Assembly (NCBI GenBank): GCA_045650805.1
Contig: JAZRRO010000059.1
Coordinates: 1,472 to 65,471, forward strand
Origin: Akkermansia sp.
GTDB lineage: Bacteria; Verrucomicrobiota; Verrucomicrobiia; Verrucomicrobiales; Akkermansiaceae
Direction of reading: 5' to 3'
DNA length: 64,000 nt
Shown here: positions 18,733 to 28,537 of the stretch, one piece after another
Position numbering within the stretch: position 1 is the stretch's first letter
Layout of the letters: every line of letters starts with the position of its first letter
Notes under the pieces: generated by a model
Database searches by the model: none
The model's input: only the letters and a program-made list of their open reading frames with translations
Told to the model about the DNA's origin: nothing
Translations under genes and position numbers: made by a program

Positions 18733-19926
18733 ATGAATCTGAAAATTTACACCGATACGGTGGATGATCTGGCGCGAAAACAAATTTCGCGATTGCTGGC
18801 GCAACCCGCTTTTGCAGAAGCAAAAGTGCGTATTATGCCCGATGTGCATGCAGGTAAAGGCTGTGTGATAGGGTTTACCGCAGATTTGGGAGATAAAGTT
18901 ATCCCGAACATTGTGGGCGTGGATATTGGTTGTGGTATGCTTACGGTTAATTTAGGTAAGAAAAAGCCTGATTTTGCTGAGCTGGATGCCATCATGCACC
19001 GAAACATTCCCAGCGGCATGTATGTACACGGTGAGGCAGTGGAGGCTTTTGACGAGATTGAATCTCTGCATTGCCTGCCGCAGCTGAAAAAGGTAAACCG
19101 CTTGCTTTGTTCGTTAGGAACACTGGGTGGTGGTAACCATTTCGTGGAGGTCGATGTCGATTCCAAGGGCAACTACTATCTGATTATTCATTCCGGTTCG
19201 CGAAATCTCGGAAAGCAGGTATGCGATGTGTATCAGAGTCTGGCTGTAGATGTTCATGCCGGGCGTGCCAATATCAATGAAATCATTGAGGAATTGAAAG
19301 CTCAAGGCCGATTCACCGAGATTCAGCCGACCATCAAAGCATTGCATCAGGCTCAGCCTTCTATCCCGGCAGAGCTTTGTTACCTGGAGGGCGAACAACG
19401 AGCTCATTACCTGCATGATATGCGCATTTGCCAGCAGTTCGCCTTGCGAAACCGTGAGGTGATGGCAGACATTATTGTGCGCCGACTCGGGCTCGCTGTG
19501 GAAGATATGTTCCATACAACGCATAACTACATTGACCATGAGAGCAACATTGTGCGTAAGGGGGCCATTTCTGCCCGCGCCGGCGAAAAATTGCTCATCC
19601 CGATTAACATGAGGGATGGTTGTATCTTCGGTACAGGTAAGGGTAATGAGGATTGGAATCAATCTGCACCTCATGGTGCGGGGCGTATCATGAGCCGTAC
19701 CCAGGCTTTCAAGCAGCTGTCCGTGGATGCGTTCCGAAAGCAGATGGAGGGTATTTATACCACCTCTGTGAATGCGCGTACGCTGGATGAATCACCCATG
19801 GTGTATAAAGGGCTGGATGATATCCTGCAGCATATCGGTCCTACGGTAGATGTGGCGGATATCTTTAAGCCGCTCTACAATTTCAAGGCCGAGGAGGCTG
19901 AGCCTTCGTTCAAACGCAAAAAGTAA
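18733..19926 (+). CDS. rtcB: RNA-splicing ligase RtcB family protein
   Basis: 397 aa; MPDVHAGKGCVIG, GVDIGCGM, GGGNHFVEV and SAPHGAGR motifs. Confidence 0.9.
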   Translation: MNLKIYTDTVDDLARKQISRLLAQPAFAEAKVRIMPDVHAGKGCVIGFTADLGDKVIPNIVGVDIGCGMLTVNLGKKKPDFAELDAIMHRNIPSGMYVHGEAVEAFDEIESLHCLPQLKKVNRLLCSLGTLGGGNHFVEVDVDSKGNYYLIIHSGSRNLGKQVCDVYQSLAVDVHAGRANINEIIEELKAQGRFTEIQPTIKALHQAQPSIPAELCYLEGEQRAHYLHDMRICQQFALRNREVMADIIVRRLGLAVEDMFHTTHNYIDHESNIVRKGAISARAGEKLLIPINMRDGCIFGTGKGNEDWNQSAPHGAGRIMSRTQAFKQLSVDAFRKQMEGIYTTSVNARTLDESPMVYKGLDDILQHIGPTVDVADIFKPLYNFKAEEAEPSFKRKK

Positions 19927-19951
19927 ATAAAGAAGATAGGCTGCTGCCGGG

Positions 19952-22900
19952 TTATAGAAGTTCGGCGGCAGCTTCCATTTTTTTGGCCGAGGCTCTCCCT
20001 TTGATGGCCTGAGCCGGGGCGAAGACGGAGAGCCTGTATTCTGCGACCATGAGACCGTACTCCAGCCAGGCGGCAGAGTGCGGATGGTGGCTATACTTTT
20101 CGTAGAAATCCGGGTGGATAGCGGCCGTAAAGCTTTCGATTCGGTCCAATTCGCGGATGGCCGGTTGCTCTTTAATGCGGCGCAGACGTTCCTGGAAGCC
20201 TCGGATGTAGCGCAGCAGGTCATTGTGGCGCTCCGGTGGGGTGGTGCTGAGGAATGAGGCACGGGTGAGCCATTGCCATTCGCGCTGCAAATCCTCTGCG
20301 ATACGGCTCGCATAGCGGTCGCGGCTTGCTGTGAGACAGTATTCTCGCAACGGCGTGTGAGCTGCAGCCAGTTGCTCCCAGATGCGGGTGTAGGTGCCGA
20401 CAATCGCATCATACAAGCCTTCACGCATGCGCTGGCAGGCGGCTGCAAATTGCTCTGCTGTGCGCGGAAGTGGAGCCAAGGTGGCATCCATGGCTGCATA
20501 GACTGTATCGAGAACATTCTGAGCCGGTTGCGCACCAATGGTGCTGAGAGCCAGCTTGGCATCCATGCTGCTGATGGGGATTTTTTTGCGGATGCTGTTG
20601 ATAAAATCGCCATGTTTGCAGAGAGCCAATCGGCGAATACCCAAGCGGTGTGCAAATTGTGCTTCTGCCTGGTTGAGGAAGACGCGAATGCTCACTCGGG
20701 TGCCATCATCCTGCAAGGCCGGGTAGCCGATGCCAGAGCCCACATCAACACTGTCCGGCAGATTGCCGCAATCCCACCGCGACATGGGGGTGGAGGAGAA
20801 GGTGCGCGCTGCTTTTTTGTGGAATCGCTTTTCCCGGTAACCGGCTAAGCGCTCACGCAGCTCATCGGCATGTGTGCCGGTGGCCAGTTCATCCCCGTTG
20901 TCATTGCAAACCCATATTTTGGTGATGAGATCAGCAGGCAGACGTGAGAAATCAAATTGCTGGGCATTGCAGAACTTGCCGCTGCGCTGCATGACGTACT
21001 CTGCCAGAGCATGGGAGAGGGGCCTGTCAGGTGTACGTGGCTCCCACATGTCGGCAAAGGTATCTGCGGCTTCGGCAATGGGCATGATGAAGTTGCGCAC
21101 ATCCTTGGGCAGGGTTCGCAGCAATATCTCCACGCGTTCGGCCAGGTGGGCCGGTACGCCCCATTCCGGCAGCCAGTCAGGGAATGCGTCCAACTGGTCA
21201 ATGTGGACACCGATGGTCACACCATCGTCTGCCTCTCCGGGATTGTGTGCATAATAAATGGGGTATTCTGCACCATCTACATGCCATTCATCCGGATACA
21301 GCTCGGCAGGGGCGTCATCTTCCCCTTGGTAGACGCATTCAGAGTAGGGGATGAAAAGCTTTTTCGGGTTCTTCTCTTCTTCTTTTTGCCGCCAGCGGTG
21401 CAGAGCCTTTTCGCTGCAACAATCTGCCGGGAGCAGGGAGTCAAAAAAGCGGAATACGCTTTCTTCGCACCAGATGAGGTCTCTGCGGCGCAGTTTTGCT
21501 TCCGTCTCGCTGACTTTTTCCCGCATTTCCTCCAGATGGGCCAAGAATGGGGGTACATTTTTCAGCTGCATGGCGAGAATGCCCTCGCGAATCATGATTT
21601 CTCGTGCACCGGCCGGATTGCAGCGGGCGTAGCTGGTGCGGCGGCCATCGATGATGGTGAGTCCGCCGCAGGTTACTCGCTCTTTGGCAAAAACTTGTCC
21701 GCTGGCTTTATCCCAGGCGGCATCGTACGCATGGTGAGAACAGAGCTGGGGTGCTATCTGCTCAATCCAGATGGGGTCGAGAATGGCGGTGCGGCGCATC
21801 CACAAGCGGGTGGTTTCCACCAATTCCGCGCCCATAATCCATTCCGGGCGCTTATTGCGGCGGAAGAGCCCCGACCCCGGGAAAATGGCAAAGTCTCGCC
21901 CGCCCGCACCGCGGTACACTTTGTCCTCGGGGCGCCAGATGCCGAATTGCAACGGTGTGCCGGCCAGAATGGCGCGGTGTACCATGGGGGCGGTTGCTTG
22001 CTTGTCTTCGCTCTCCAGGTCAGGAATGCGCCATTTCATGGTATCTGCCAGCGTACTGGACAGGTCCTGTACCAAGTTGTGCCATTCAATGACGCGCAGG
22101 AAGTTGACGTAATTCTTACTGCACCATTTGCGCAGTTGGTTGCGGTTCCACTTGCGCTTATCGCGGAACTCCAGTGTGGCGCGCCACAGCTTGAGCATGG
22201 AGAGGAAGTCGCTGTCGGTATCTTTCCACTGGGCGTGGGCCTGGTCTGCCTGGGTGGCGGCATCGCTCGGGCGCTCGCGTGGGTCCATGATGCTGAGCCC
22301 GGCCACGATGACCAGCATTTCCGGCAAGCTGTGTTCTTTTTCTGCCTCCAGGAGCATGCGTCCCAGACGCGGATCCAAGGGCAGGCGTGCCAGATTGCGG
22401 CCGGTGGGGGTGAGGTGCTTGCGGCGGTCGATGGCGCCAATTTCTCTCAGTGTGCGGTAGCCTTCGTTGATGAGTCGGGCGCTGGGCGGGTCGGGCAGGG
22501 GGAACTCGCCCAACGGGGGAAGACGTAAATCAGCCATGCGCAGGATGACTCCCGCCAGCGAGCTGCGCTTGATTTCCGGGTCGGTGTAGGCATCACGTGT
22601 CTCGAAATCGCTTTCTGCATACAGACGAATGCACACACCTTCTGTCACGCGGCCGCAGCGGCCTGCTCGTTGGCGTGCGCTGGCCTGGGAAATGGCTTCG
22701 ATTTGCAGCCGTTGAATCTGGCGGCCCGGCAGGTAGCGTGAGATGCGGGCCAAGCCACTATCAATCACATAAATGATGCCCGGGATGGTAAGTGATGTTT
22801 CTGCAACATTGGTTGCCAGGACAATGCGGCGGGTACGCCCGTTGGGGTGAAAAATACGCTGCTGTTCCCCCAATCCCATGCGGGCAAAGAGCGGCAAAAT

Positions 22901-23668
22901 GTCTGTGCGGGGCAGGTTCAAGGCCTCCAGCGTTTCGGCACAGTCGCGGATTTCCCGTTCGCCGGGCAGGAACACGAGCACATCACCCTTTTCATCGTAC
23001 TCGGAGAGCCATTCCACGGCTCGCGCCACATGGTCCGGGAGTTCTTCCTCGCTGTTTCTCGGGGGCATGTAGTGCATGTCCACGTGGTAGGTGCGACCCT
23101 CCACATTGATGACCGGGGCCCCACCGAAGAAATCGGAGAATGCGGCGGCATCCATGGTGGCAGAGGAGATGATAAGCTTCAAATCCTTGCGGCGCGCCAG
23201 CAACAATTTCATGTACCCCAGCAGGAAATCGATATTGAGGCTTCGCTCATGAGCCTCGTCGATGATGATGGTGTGGTATTGCCGTAAATCGCGGTCATTC
23301 TGTGTTTCGGCCAGCAAAATACCGTCCGTCATCAGTTTCAGACGAGTATCGGCGCTTGTTTTATCATCAAATCGCACCTGGTAGCCCACATAGCCGCCGG
23401 GTTCGCAGCCCACTTCTTCTGCAATGCGGCGGGCAACCGCTACGGCTGCCAATCGGCGAGGCTGGGTACAGCCGAGTTTACCCCGACGATTGCCTGCTAC
23501 TTCCAGCGCGATCTTGGGCAACTGGGTTGTTTTGCCGCTGCCGGTTTCACCCACCACTACGATTACCTGGTGTTTTCGCAACGCATCAGCAATTTCCTTG
23601 CGTCTGCGGGAAATCGGTAAATCCGGGTAGCGGAATGTTTTGCGTGCTGTGGGGGCTTCTTCCGGCAT
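19952..23668 (-). CDS. hrpA: ATP-dependent RNA helicase HrpA (DEAH-box)
   Basis: 1238 aa; GETGSGKTTQLP, IIIDEAHERS and the helicase-associated/OB C-terminal region. Confidence 0.9.
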   Translation of the reverse strand: MPEEAPTARKTFRYPDLPISRRRKEIADALRKHQVIVVVGETGSGKTTQLPKIALEVAGNRRGKLGCTQPRRLAAVAVARRIAEEVGCEPGGYVGYQVRFDDKTSADTRLKLMTDGILLAETQNDRDLRQYHTIIIDEAHERSLNIDFLLGYMKLLLARRKDLKLIISSATMDAAAFSDFFGGAPVINVEGRTYHVDMHYMPPRNSEEELPDHVARAVEWLSEYDEKGDVLVFLPGEREIRDCAETLEALNLPRTDILPLFARMGLGEQQRIFHPNGRTRRIVLATNVAETSLTIPGIIYVIDSGLARISRYLPGRQIQRLQIEAISQASARQRAGRCGRVTEGVCIRLYAESDFETRDAYTDPEIKRSSLAGVILRMADLRLPPLGEFPLPDPPSARLINEGYRTLREIGAIDRRKHLTPTGRNLARLPLDPRLGRMLLEAEKEHSLPEMLVIVAGLSIMDPRERPSDAATQADQAHAQWKDTDSDFLSMLKLWRATLEFRDKRKWNRNQLRKWCSKNYVNFLRVIEWHNLVQDLSSTLADTMKWRIPDLESEDKQATAPMVHRAILAGTPLQFGIWRPEDKVYRGAGGRDFAIFPGSGLFRRNKRPEWIMGAELVETTRLWMRRTAILDPIWIEQIAPQLCSHHAYDAAWDKASGQVFAKERVTCGGLTIIDGRRTSYARCNPAGAREIMIREGILAMQLKNVPPFLAHLEEMREKVSETEAKLRRRDLIWCEESVFRFFDSLLPADCCSEKALHRWRQKEEEKNPKKLFIPYSECVYQGEDDAPAELYPDEWHVDGAEYPIYYAHNPGEADDGVTIGVHIDQLDAFPDWLPEWGVPAHLAERVEILLRTLPKDVRNFIMPIAEAADTFADMWEPRTPDRPLSHALAEYVMQRSGKFCNAQQFDFSRLPADLITKIWVCNDNGDELATGTHADELRERLAGYREKRFHKKAARTFSSTPMSRWDCGNLPDSVDVGSGIGYPALQDDGTRVSIRVFLNQAEAQFAHRLGIRRLALCKHGDFINSIRKKIPISSMDAKLALSTIGAQPAQNVLDTVYAAMDATLAPLPRTAEQFAAACQRMREGLYDAIVGTYTRIWEQLAAAHTPLREYCLTASRDRYASRIAEDLQREWQWLTRASFLSTTPPERHNDLLRYIRGFQERLRRIKEQPAIRELDRIESFTAAIHPDFYEKYSHHPHSAAWLEYGLMVAEYRLSVFAPAQAIKGRASAKKMEAAAELL

Positions 23669-23685
23669 GGGGGCTGAGGAACGTG

Positions 23686-24993
23686 TTACCAGGGCAACAT
23701 GGCACCACCCTGCAAGCGCGACTGCTCTGCTAGGAACACCATGCGGTGGCCGGTAATGCTGTCTTCCAATGTGGGGCAGCCGGGAGATGTGCGTTCCCCA
23801 CGCAGCAGGGCTACGAAATCCAGCACGATGCTGCGATCTCCACCGCCATGGGCATCTCCTTGCTGGAAGTCAGACATGTCAAGCGTGCGCTCGGTATAGC
23901 CGCCGGGTGCTGCCGGATCTATTTGGCGTACGCGGAAACTTTCGCTCTCGAAATCGCCCAATATCTCGCCTCGCGTGCCGGTCACGTGTATGATGCGCCG
24001 CGGGGTGCTGGCGCCGCCGTTCATCGTGAAGGTGCCGGTTGCGCCATCGCGGAAGTGGATGAGCACGGATTGGTGGTCCACAATGCTGATATCGCAGCGG
24101 TGAACACAGCGACTGAAAGGATTATCCGGGCGTCGGAGAATTTCTTCTTTCTCCTCATCCGTGGTGGGGTTGCTGTGCGTATCATGCCACACATTGTTGG
24201 CCCAGCGCATAGGATGCTCGATGTACAGTCTGCGAGCAGAGAAGGGGCAATCGCGCTCCAGTTGGCAGTCATTCAGACAGTGCGTGCCTGCGCCTTCGGG
24301 GGCTTTTTCTTCCTTGAATTGGAAGACACCGCCCACGCTGGAGATGGATACCGGCACGTTGTCGCCCATGAGCCAAGACATGATGTCCAAGTCATGGCTG
24401 CATTTGGTGAGCAGCATGCCGGAGCCGCATATTTCGGCGCGGGCGTACTTGCCTCGCACAAAGGATACGGATTCATGCAGATATCCCACCTGGTTGGCCA
24501 TGTGTATGTTAATGACTTCGCCCACTACGCCGTTGACAATCACGCGGCGCAAGGCTCGGTAGAACGGTGTATAGCGCAGGACGTGGCACACCATGACCTT
24601 GCGACCCGTCTCCCGCACACAGTCAATCAGCTGCTGCCCCTCCTCATCATTGAGAGCATAGGGCTTTTCCAACAGCATGTCGTAACCATGCCGGAGCAGG
24701 GGGATAGAGGTACTCACATGCAGCCTATCCATGGTGCAGTTGAGAATAGCATCGGCCAGCTTGGGCTGTGCCAGAAGCTCCTCCACCGTTGAAAAACAAT
24801 GCTCATCGGCCAATCCAAACATCACGCGAGCTTGCTCCACGCGCTCCGGATTCACATCAACCACGCCTTCCACCTTCAGCAATTCCGGATTGGTGAGCGC
24901 AACGGTAGAGTAGATGGAAGCGCGGGCTCCCATCCCTACGATGATAACGCTCATCGGCTGCGGCGTGTCTGTTGCTGATGTGTCGGCGCTCAT
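23686..24993 (-). CDS. Gfo/Idh/MocA-family NAD(P)-dependent oxidoreductase
   Basis: Rossmann N-terminus VIIVGMGARASIY plus a family-typical C-terminal domain. Start set at ATG 24993, which avoids overlap with aguB. Confidence 0.75.
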   Translation of the reverse strand: MSADTSATDTPQPMSVIIVGMGARASIYSTVALTNPELLKVEGVVDVNPERVEQARVMFGLADEHCFSTVEELLAQPKLADAILNCTMDRLHVSTSIPLLRHGYDMLLEKPYALNDEEGQQLIDCVRETGRKVMVCHVLRYTPFYRALRRVIVNGVVGEVINIHMANQVGYLHESVSFVRGKYARAEICGSGMLLTKCSHDLDIMSWLMGDNVPVSISSVGGVFQFKEEKAPEGAGTHCLNDCQLERDCPFSARRLYIEHPMRWANNVWHDTHSNPTTDEEKEEILRRPDNPFSRCVHRCDISIVDHQSVLIHFRDGATGTFTMNGGASTPRRIIHVTGTRGEILGDFESESFRVRQIDPAAPGGYTERTLDMSDFQQGDAHGGGDRSIVLDFVALLRGERTSPGCPTLEDSITGHRMVFLAEQSRLQGGAMLPW

Positions 24994-24998
24994 GATGT

Positions 24999-25853
24999 TT
25001 ATTTGCCCCAACGCTGGGTAATGCCGCTGTAGGAATCGATGCGGCGGTCGCGGAAGAATGGCCAGATGCGGCGGTGGGCTTCCAGCGCAGCCAGGTCCAA
25101 ATCAGCGTAGAGAATGCTGCGCTCTTTTACCGGGGCTTTCGCTACGATTTGGCCACAGTAGTCTGCTACAAAGGACTGCCCCCAGAAGGTTGTTTCGCCT
25201 TCGGTGCCGCAGCGGTTGACGGCGCATACATAGCAGCCGTTTGCTACGGCATGCCCGCGCTGTACGGTCTCCCATGCGCAATGTTGGGCTGTGTACAGTT
25301 CTTCCTCCCCGGGAATCCAGCCAATGGCCGTGGGGTAGAAGATGATTTCTGCGCCCTCCATGGCGGTGAGACGCGCAGCTTCGGGGTACCATTGATCCCA
25401 GCAAATCAAAACGCCAATGCGACCGAATCGCGTATCAAAGCATTTGTACCCCAAATCGCCGGGGGTGAAATAAAACTTTTCCTCGAATCCCGGGTCCTGG
25501 GGGATGTGCATCTTGCGATATTGACCCAAGAACTTGCCATCTGCGTCAATCACCCAGGCGGTATTGTGGTAGAGACCGGTAGCGCGTTTTTCAAAGCCAG
25601 CGGCCACGATGACCACACCCAGCTCTTTTGCGAGCTCACAGAGCTCGTCTGTCCACGGCCCGGGAATGGGGTCGGCAGTGTCAAACAAATCGCAATCCTG
25701 AGTGCGGCAGAAGTAGAGCGTGGTGCACATTTCTTGTGTGCAGATAATCTGGGCTCCACCTGCGGCGGCTTCGCGGATAGCCTCCATTTGCAGACGCTTG
25801 TTTTCTGCGGGGGAAGCTACTGCTTCTTGCTGGATGAGTGCGATTTTCGGCAT
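24999..25853 (-). CDS. aguB: N-carbamoylputrescine amidase (carbon-nitrogen hydrolase)
   Basis: Start at MPKIALIQQ; catalytic-Cys motif GVLICWDQWYPEAAR is typical of AguB. Confidence 0.8.
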   Translation of the reverse strand: MPKIALIQQEAVASPAENKRLQMEAIREAAAGGAQIICTQEMCTTLYFCRTQDCDLFDTADPIPGPWTDELCELAKELGVVIVAAGFEKRATGLYHNTAWVIDADGKFLGQYRKMHIPQDPGFEEKFYFTPGDLGYKCFDTRFGRIGVLICWDQWYPEAARLTAMEGAEIIFYPTAIGWIPGEEELYTAQHCAWETVQRGHAVANGCYVCAVNRCGTEGETTFWGQSFVADYCGQIVAKAPVKERSILYADLDLAALEAHRRIWPFFRDRRIDSYSGITQRWGK

Positions 25854-25858
25854 GCCGC

Positions 25859-25887
25859 AGTTTAGCATATTTTGCGGGACTTGGCAA
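25859..25887 (-). promoter_or_regulatory. Sigma70-type promoter candidate (TTGCCA-N17-TAAACT) abutting the aguB start
   Basis: Read on the minus strand; the -10 ends 5 nt before ATG 25853, so the transcript is likely leaderless. Confidence 0.5.
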
Positions 25888-25997
25888 GGGCTCCCCCGCA
25901 AAATTGCGACATCATACGAGTTGGGGCATACTCGGAGGCGGCGATGGCGGGGCGCTGAACACACGATGGCATGGCAAGCCTGTTCATGGCTGTATGT

Positions 25998-26030
25998 AAA
26001 AAAAGGGGCGCAGTGTTGATACTGCGGCCC
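25998..26030 (-). terminator. Rho-independent terminator after the 3D-domain gene (hairpin flanked by A7 and T4, bidirectional shape)
   Basis: Stem GGGGCGCAGT/ACTGCGGCCC with one mismatch; on the minus strand it is followed by TTTTTTT. Confidence 0.7.
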
Positions 26031-26053
26031 TTTTGAATCTTGGGAATAAAATC

Positions 26054-26671
26054 TTAGTTTTTAGCACTTTCTGCATTGCGGGTCTGCTCCTGCAGCGCGG
26101 CCATCATGCGTGCGCAGTGGCGGTAGCGGGTGCGACCTGCAAGGTAATCCATGCTGCGCTTGGTGGAACCCCATTGAATGATTTGAATTTCCACCACGCG
26201 GCGACCCCACTTGCGCATAAGTGCGCGGGAAGGCTGGTAAATATCAATGGTGCCGGTGCCAACGAGGGCACTGCCGTAGTCATCCACCTCGTAGATATAG
26301 GGCTCACCCTTAATCTTGAAGCGGGTGCCGAGGGGGTAGACAGACCAGTCTGCAGCGGCGCTGCGAACCTGTTCATTGTACTTCAGACGGGTACCCACTG
26401 CGTTGCGGGGACCGTAGGCAAGGTGGTCGCTCTCAGAGTGCGTGTAAGCGGTGGTACGCACCACGCGATTGAGCTGCTTGGGATGATAGAACGGCATGCC
26501 GTGCTTATCGCGCCCCATGTTGGGAAGATCAGGGTTGGGACGAGCGTCCGGAGACGGAGCTGCAGGCATGATGAAACCTTTGCTGACCGTCGGGGCGGCC
26601 TGTGTATTCAGGGCTCCGAAGGTGAGGATTGCTACGCTGGCCAAGATGCTGCGAAAAAGGGCTTTTGTCAT
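26054..26671 (-). CDS. Secreted 3D-domain (MltA/RlpA-like) protein
   Basis: Start at MTKALFRSILASVAILTFGALNTQA (signal peptide); the TAYTHSE..VAADWSVYPLGT..VDDYG..IDIY pattern marks a 3D domain. Confidence 0.7.
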   Translation of the reverse strand: MTKALFRSILASVAILTFGALNTQAAPTVSKGFIMPAAPSPDARPNPDLPNMGRDKHGMPFYHPKQLNRVVRTTAYTHSESDHLAYGPRNAVGTRLKYNEQVRSAAADWSVYPLGTRFKIKGEPYIYEVDDYGSALVGTGTIDIYQPSRALMRKWGRRVVEIQIIQWGSTKRSMDYLAGRTRYRHCARMMAALQEQTRNAESAKN

Positions 26672-26750
26672 AGTCAGTGTATGGTGTTTGAGGGTAGATT
26701 TTAGGTGTATGATATGCATGCTACCAGCTATCAGCGGGTAGTGCGGCGCA

Positions 26751-26779
26751 AGTCTATCATATCGGATGCCATCTGGCAA
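26751..26779 (-). promoter_or_regulatory. Sigma70-type promoter candidate (TTGCCA-N17-TAGACT) for the 3D-domain gene
   Basis: Minus-strand hexamers at 26779-26774 and 26756-26751; leader of about 80 nt. Confidence 0.55.
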
Positions 26780-26803
26780 GCATTTTTCCCGTAATCAATA
26801 GTA

Positions 26804-26847
26804 AGAAAAATTTTGCAGCACAGCATATAGTATGCCGTGCTGCAAAA
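26804..26847 (-). terminator. Rho-independent terminator after the Sel1-repeat gene
   Basis: 17-bp near-perfect palindrome TTTTGCAGCACAGCATA/TATGCCGTGCTGCAAAA with a 3-nt loop; T-run on the minus strand. Confidence 0.8.
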
Positions 26848-26908
26848 TTGTGCGATATTGTGTATGGACGCTAAACTACAGTGGCCAGTTTCTATTAAGA
26901 GAGCTGAA

Positions 26909-28444
26909 TTATGGGTGCGGTTCCCATTTACCTTCGCTCATGAGCTTATCGTAGAGTTGCTGAGCTTTATCTCCCATATCGAGCGAAGCCATGCGAACAT
27001 AGTTTTCCGCCAGCTGGGGATTGGCTTTCAGGTTGGTGCCGCCTTTGGCCGTAATGTATGCCAGGAAGACGTATGCTTCGGGCATTTTGCGGACAGCGGC
27101 ATCATTGAGATATTCTTCTGCCTTGGAGGCATCGGGGGAACCATCGAATCCGGCGTATTCTGCGTGCGCAAGCAACACGCAAGCGTGAGCATAGCCGGCG
27201 TTGGCTGCCAGGTTGAGCAGGGATGTGCCACGCGCTGTGTCTTGTTTGACGCCCTCGCCCTTGAGCAGCAGATAGCCTTCTGCCGCGGCTCCGGCAATGT
27301 TGCGTGCACTGCGGGCCACAGCATAGTGGCGGTACGCTTTTTCTGCATCCTTGGGCAGGCCGAAGGTTCCGTCATAGTATGCATGCCCCAGCGCCATGTT
27401 GGATTGGGAGTTACCAATCATGGCTGCCAGTCGCACTAGGTGGATGCCGGACTTTTCATCTTTGGTGATACCAGCCTCCTGGGTGAATTTGTTGTTGGGG
27501 TCGGGGTCCGCCAGGGCAGTGCCCAGCACAAACATGGCGGCGGGACTGTGCAACTTAACGGCCTCTTGCAGCAGAACGTAACTATCCTTGGGTTTAATGC
27601 GGGAGGAAAGGGATGAGAGCGTGAACAGCGCTTCGGCGTTGCCTTGTTCTGCAGCCTTGCGCAGCCATTCCACTTGCGTGGGGGAATCCGGAGCATAGGA
27701 GCTCAGGTAGTACATAATGTGGTGGTTACCACGTTCTATTTCGGATTTGACCTCCGGGCGGTCCTTGTCATCAAACTTGTTGAGACGACCGGTCAGTTGC
27801 AGCCATTTGAAGCGTGTTTCGAAGCTGCCACCTTTGCAGGCTTGCAGAAGCTGAGCATTGGCTGCTGCTTCATTTTTAGCCGTGCCAATGCCATGGCGCA
27901 GGCAGATGCTTACATCTACCCCGGCCGGGTCATATCCTTTGTCTGCTGCGGCTTTGGCCAGTCTGTATGCTTGAATGGTGGCTGGATCTTGCAGTTTGTC
28001 TCCCGGTACATGGCTCAAGACGCGACCTGCCACATAGCTTTGCGCTGCTGCATAGCCTTCATTGGCTGCATGTTGCATCCATTCCAGCGCAGCCCACTCA
28101 TCCCCGGTTGTTTCCAGCACAATCTGCAGCGCAGGGCAGTAGTCCAAGCTATCATTTTTGGCTTGCTCATCCAGTTTTTCCAAGAAAAGCTTGTATTTCT
28201 CTGCCATTTCAGGCGGCAGCGGTTTTACATCGATTTTGGCGGGAGCCTCAGAAACAACTTTGTTTGCCGTCGGAGCGGTTGTTTCGGTTGCTTTAGCCGA
28301 GGAGGATTTGGAAGATGTTTTTCTGCTGGTGCTGCGGTGTGTGCTTGTTTTGCGGCCGGATTTTTTTGCGGAGGCAGCCAAGGCCACGGGTGTCAGTACA
28401 AGCGCAGAGATGAGACCAAGTGCGATGGTGGGGAGCAGACGCAT
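26909..28444 (-). CDS. Secreted Sel1-like (TPR-type) repeat protein
   Basis: Signal peptide MRLLPTIALGLISALVLTPVALA, a basic Ser/Thr/Lys linker, then repeated A..GY..A...LG..Y..G motifs. Confidence 0.8.
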   Translation of the reverse strand: MRLLPTIALGLISALVLTPVALAASAKKSGRKTSTHRSTSRKTSSKSSSAKATETTAPTANKVVSEAPAKIDVKPLPPEMAEKYKLFLEKLDEQAKNDSLDYCPALQIVLETTGDEWAALEWMQHAANEGYAAAQSYVAGRVLSHVPGDKLQDPATIQAYRLAKAAADKGYDPAGVDVSICLRHGIGTAKNEAAANAQLLQACKGGSFETRFKWLQLTGRLNKFDDKDRPEVKSEIERGNHHIMYYLSSYAPDSPTQVEWLRKAAEQGNAEALFTLSSLSSRIKPKDSYVLLQEAVKLHSPAAMFVLGTALADPDPNNKFTQEAGITKDEKSGIHLVRLAAMIGNSQSNMALGHAYYDGTFGLPKDAEKAYRHYAVARSARNIAGAAAEGYLLLKGEGVKQDTARGTSLLNLAANAGYAHACVLLAHAEYAGFDGSPDASKAEEYLNDAAVRKMPEAYVFLAYITAKGGTNLKANPQLAENYVRMASLDMGDKAQQLYDKLMSEGKWEPHP

Positions 28445-28472
28445 GATATGAACAGGGTGAGATATTCTCCTT

Positions 28473-28500
28473 ATTCTACCTGTTCAAACGCTTCTTTCAA
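28473..28500 (-). promoter_or_regulatory. Sigma70-type promoter candidate (TTGAAA-N16-TAGAAT) for the Sel1 gene
   Basis: Minus-strand hexamers at 28500-28495 and 28478-28473. Confidence 0.55.
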
Positions 28501-28537
28501 GCGGTAATTTTGTCACAATGGCTCCGGTTGGCGAAAA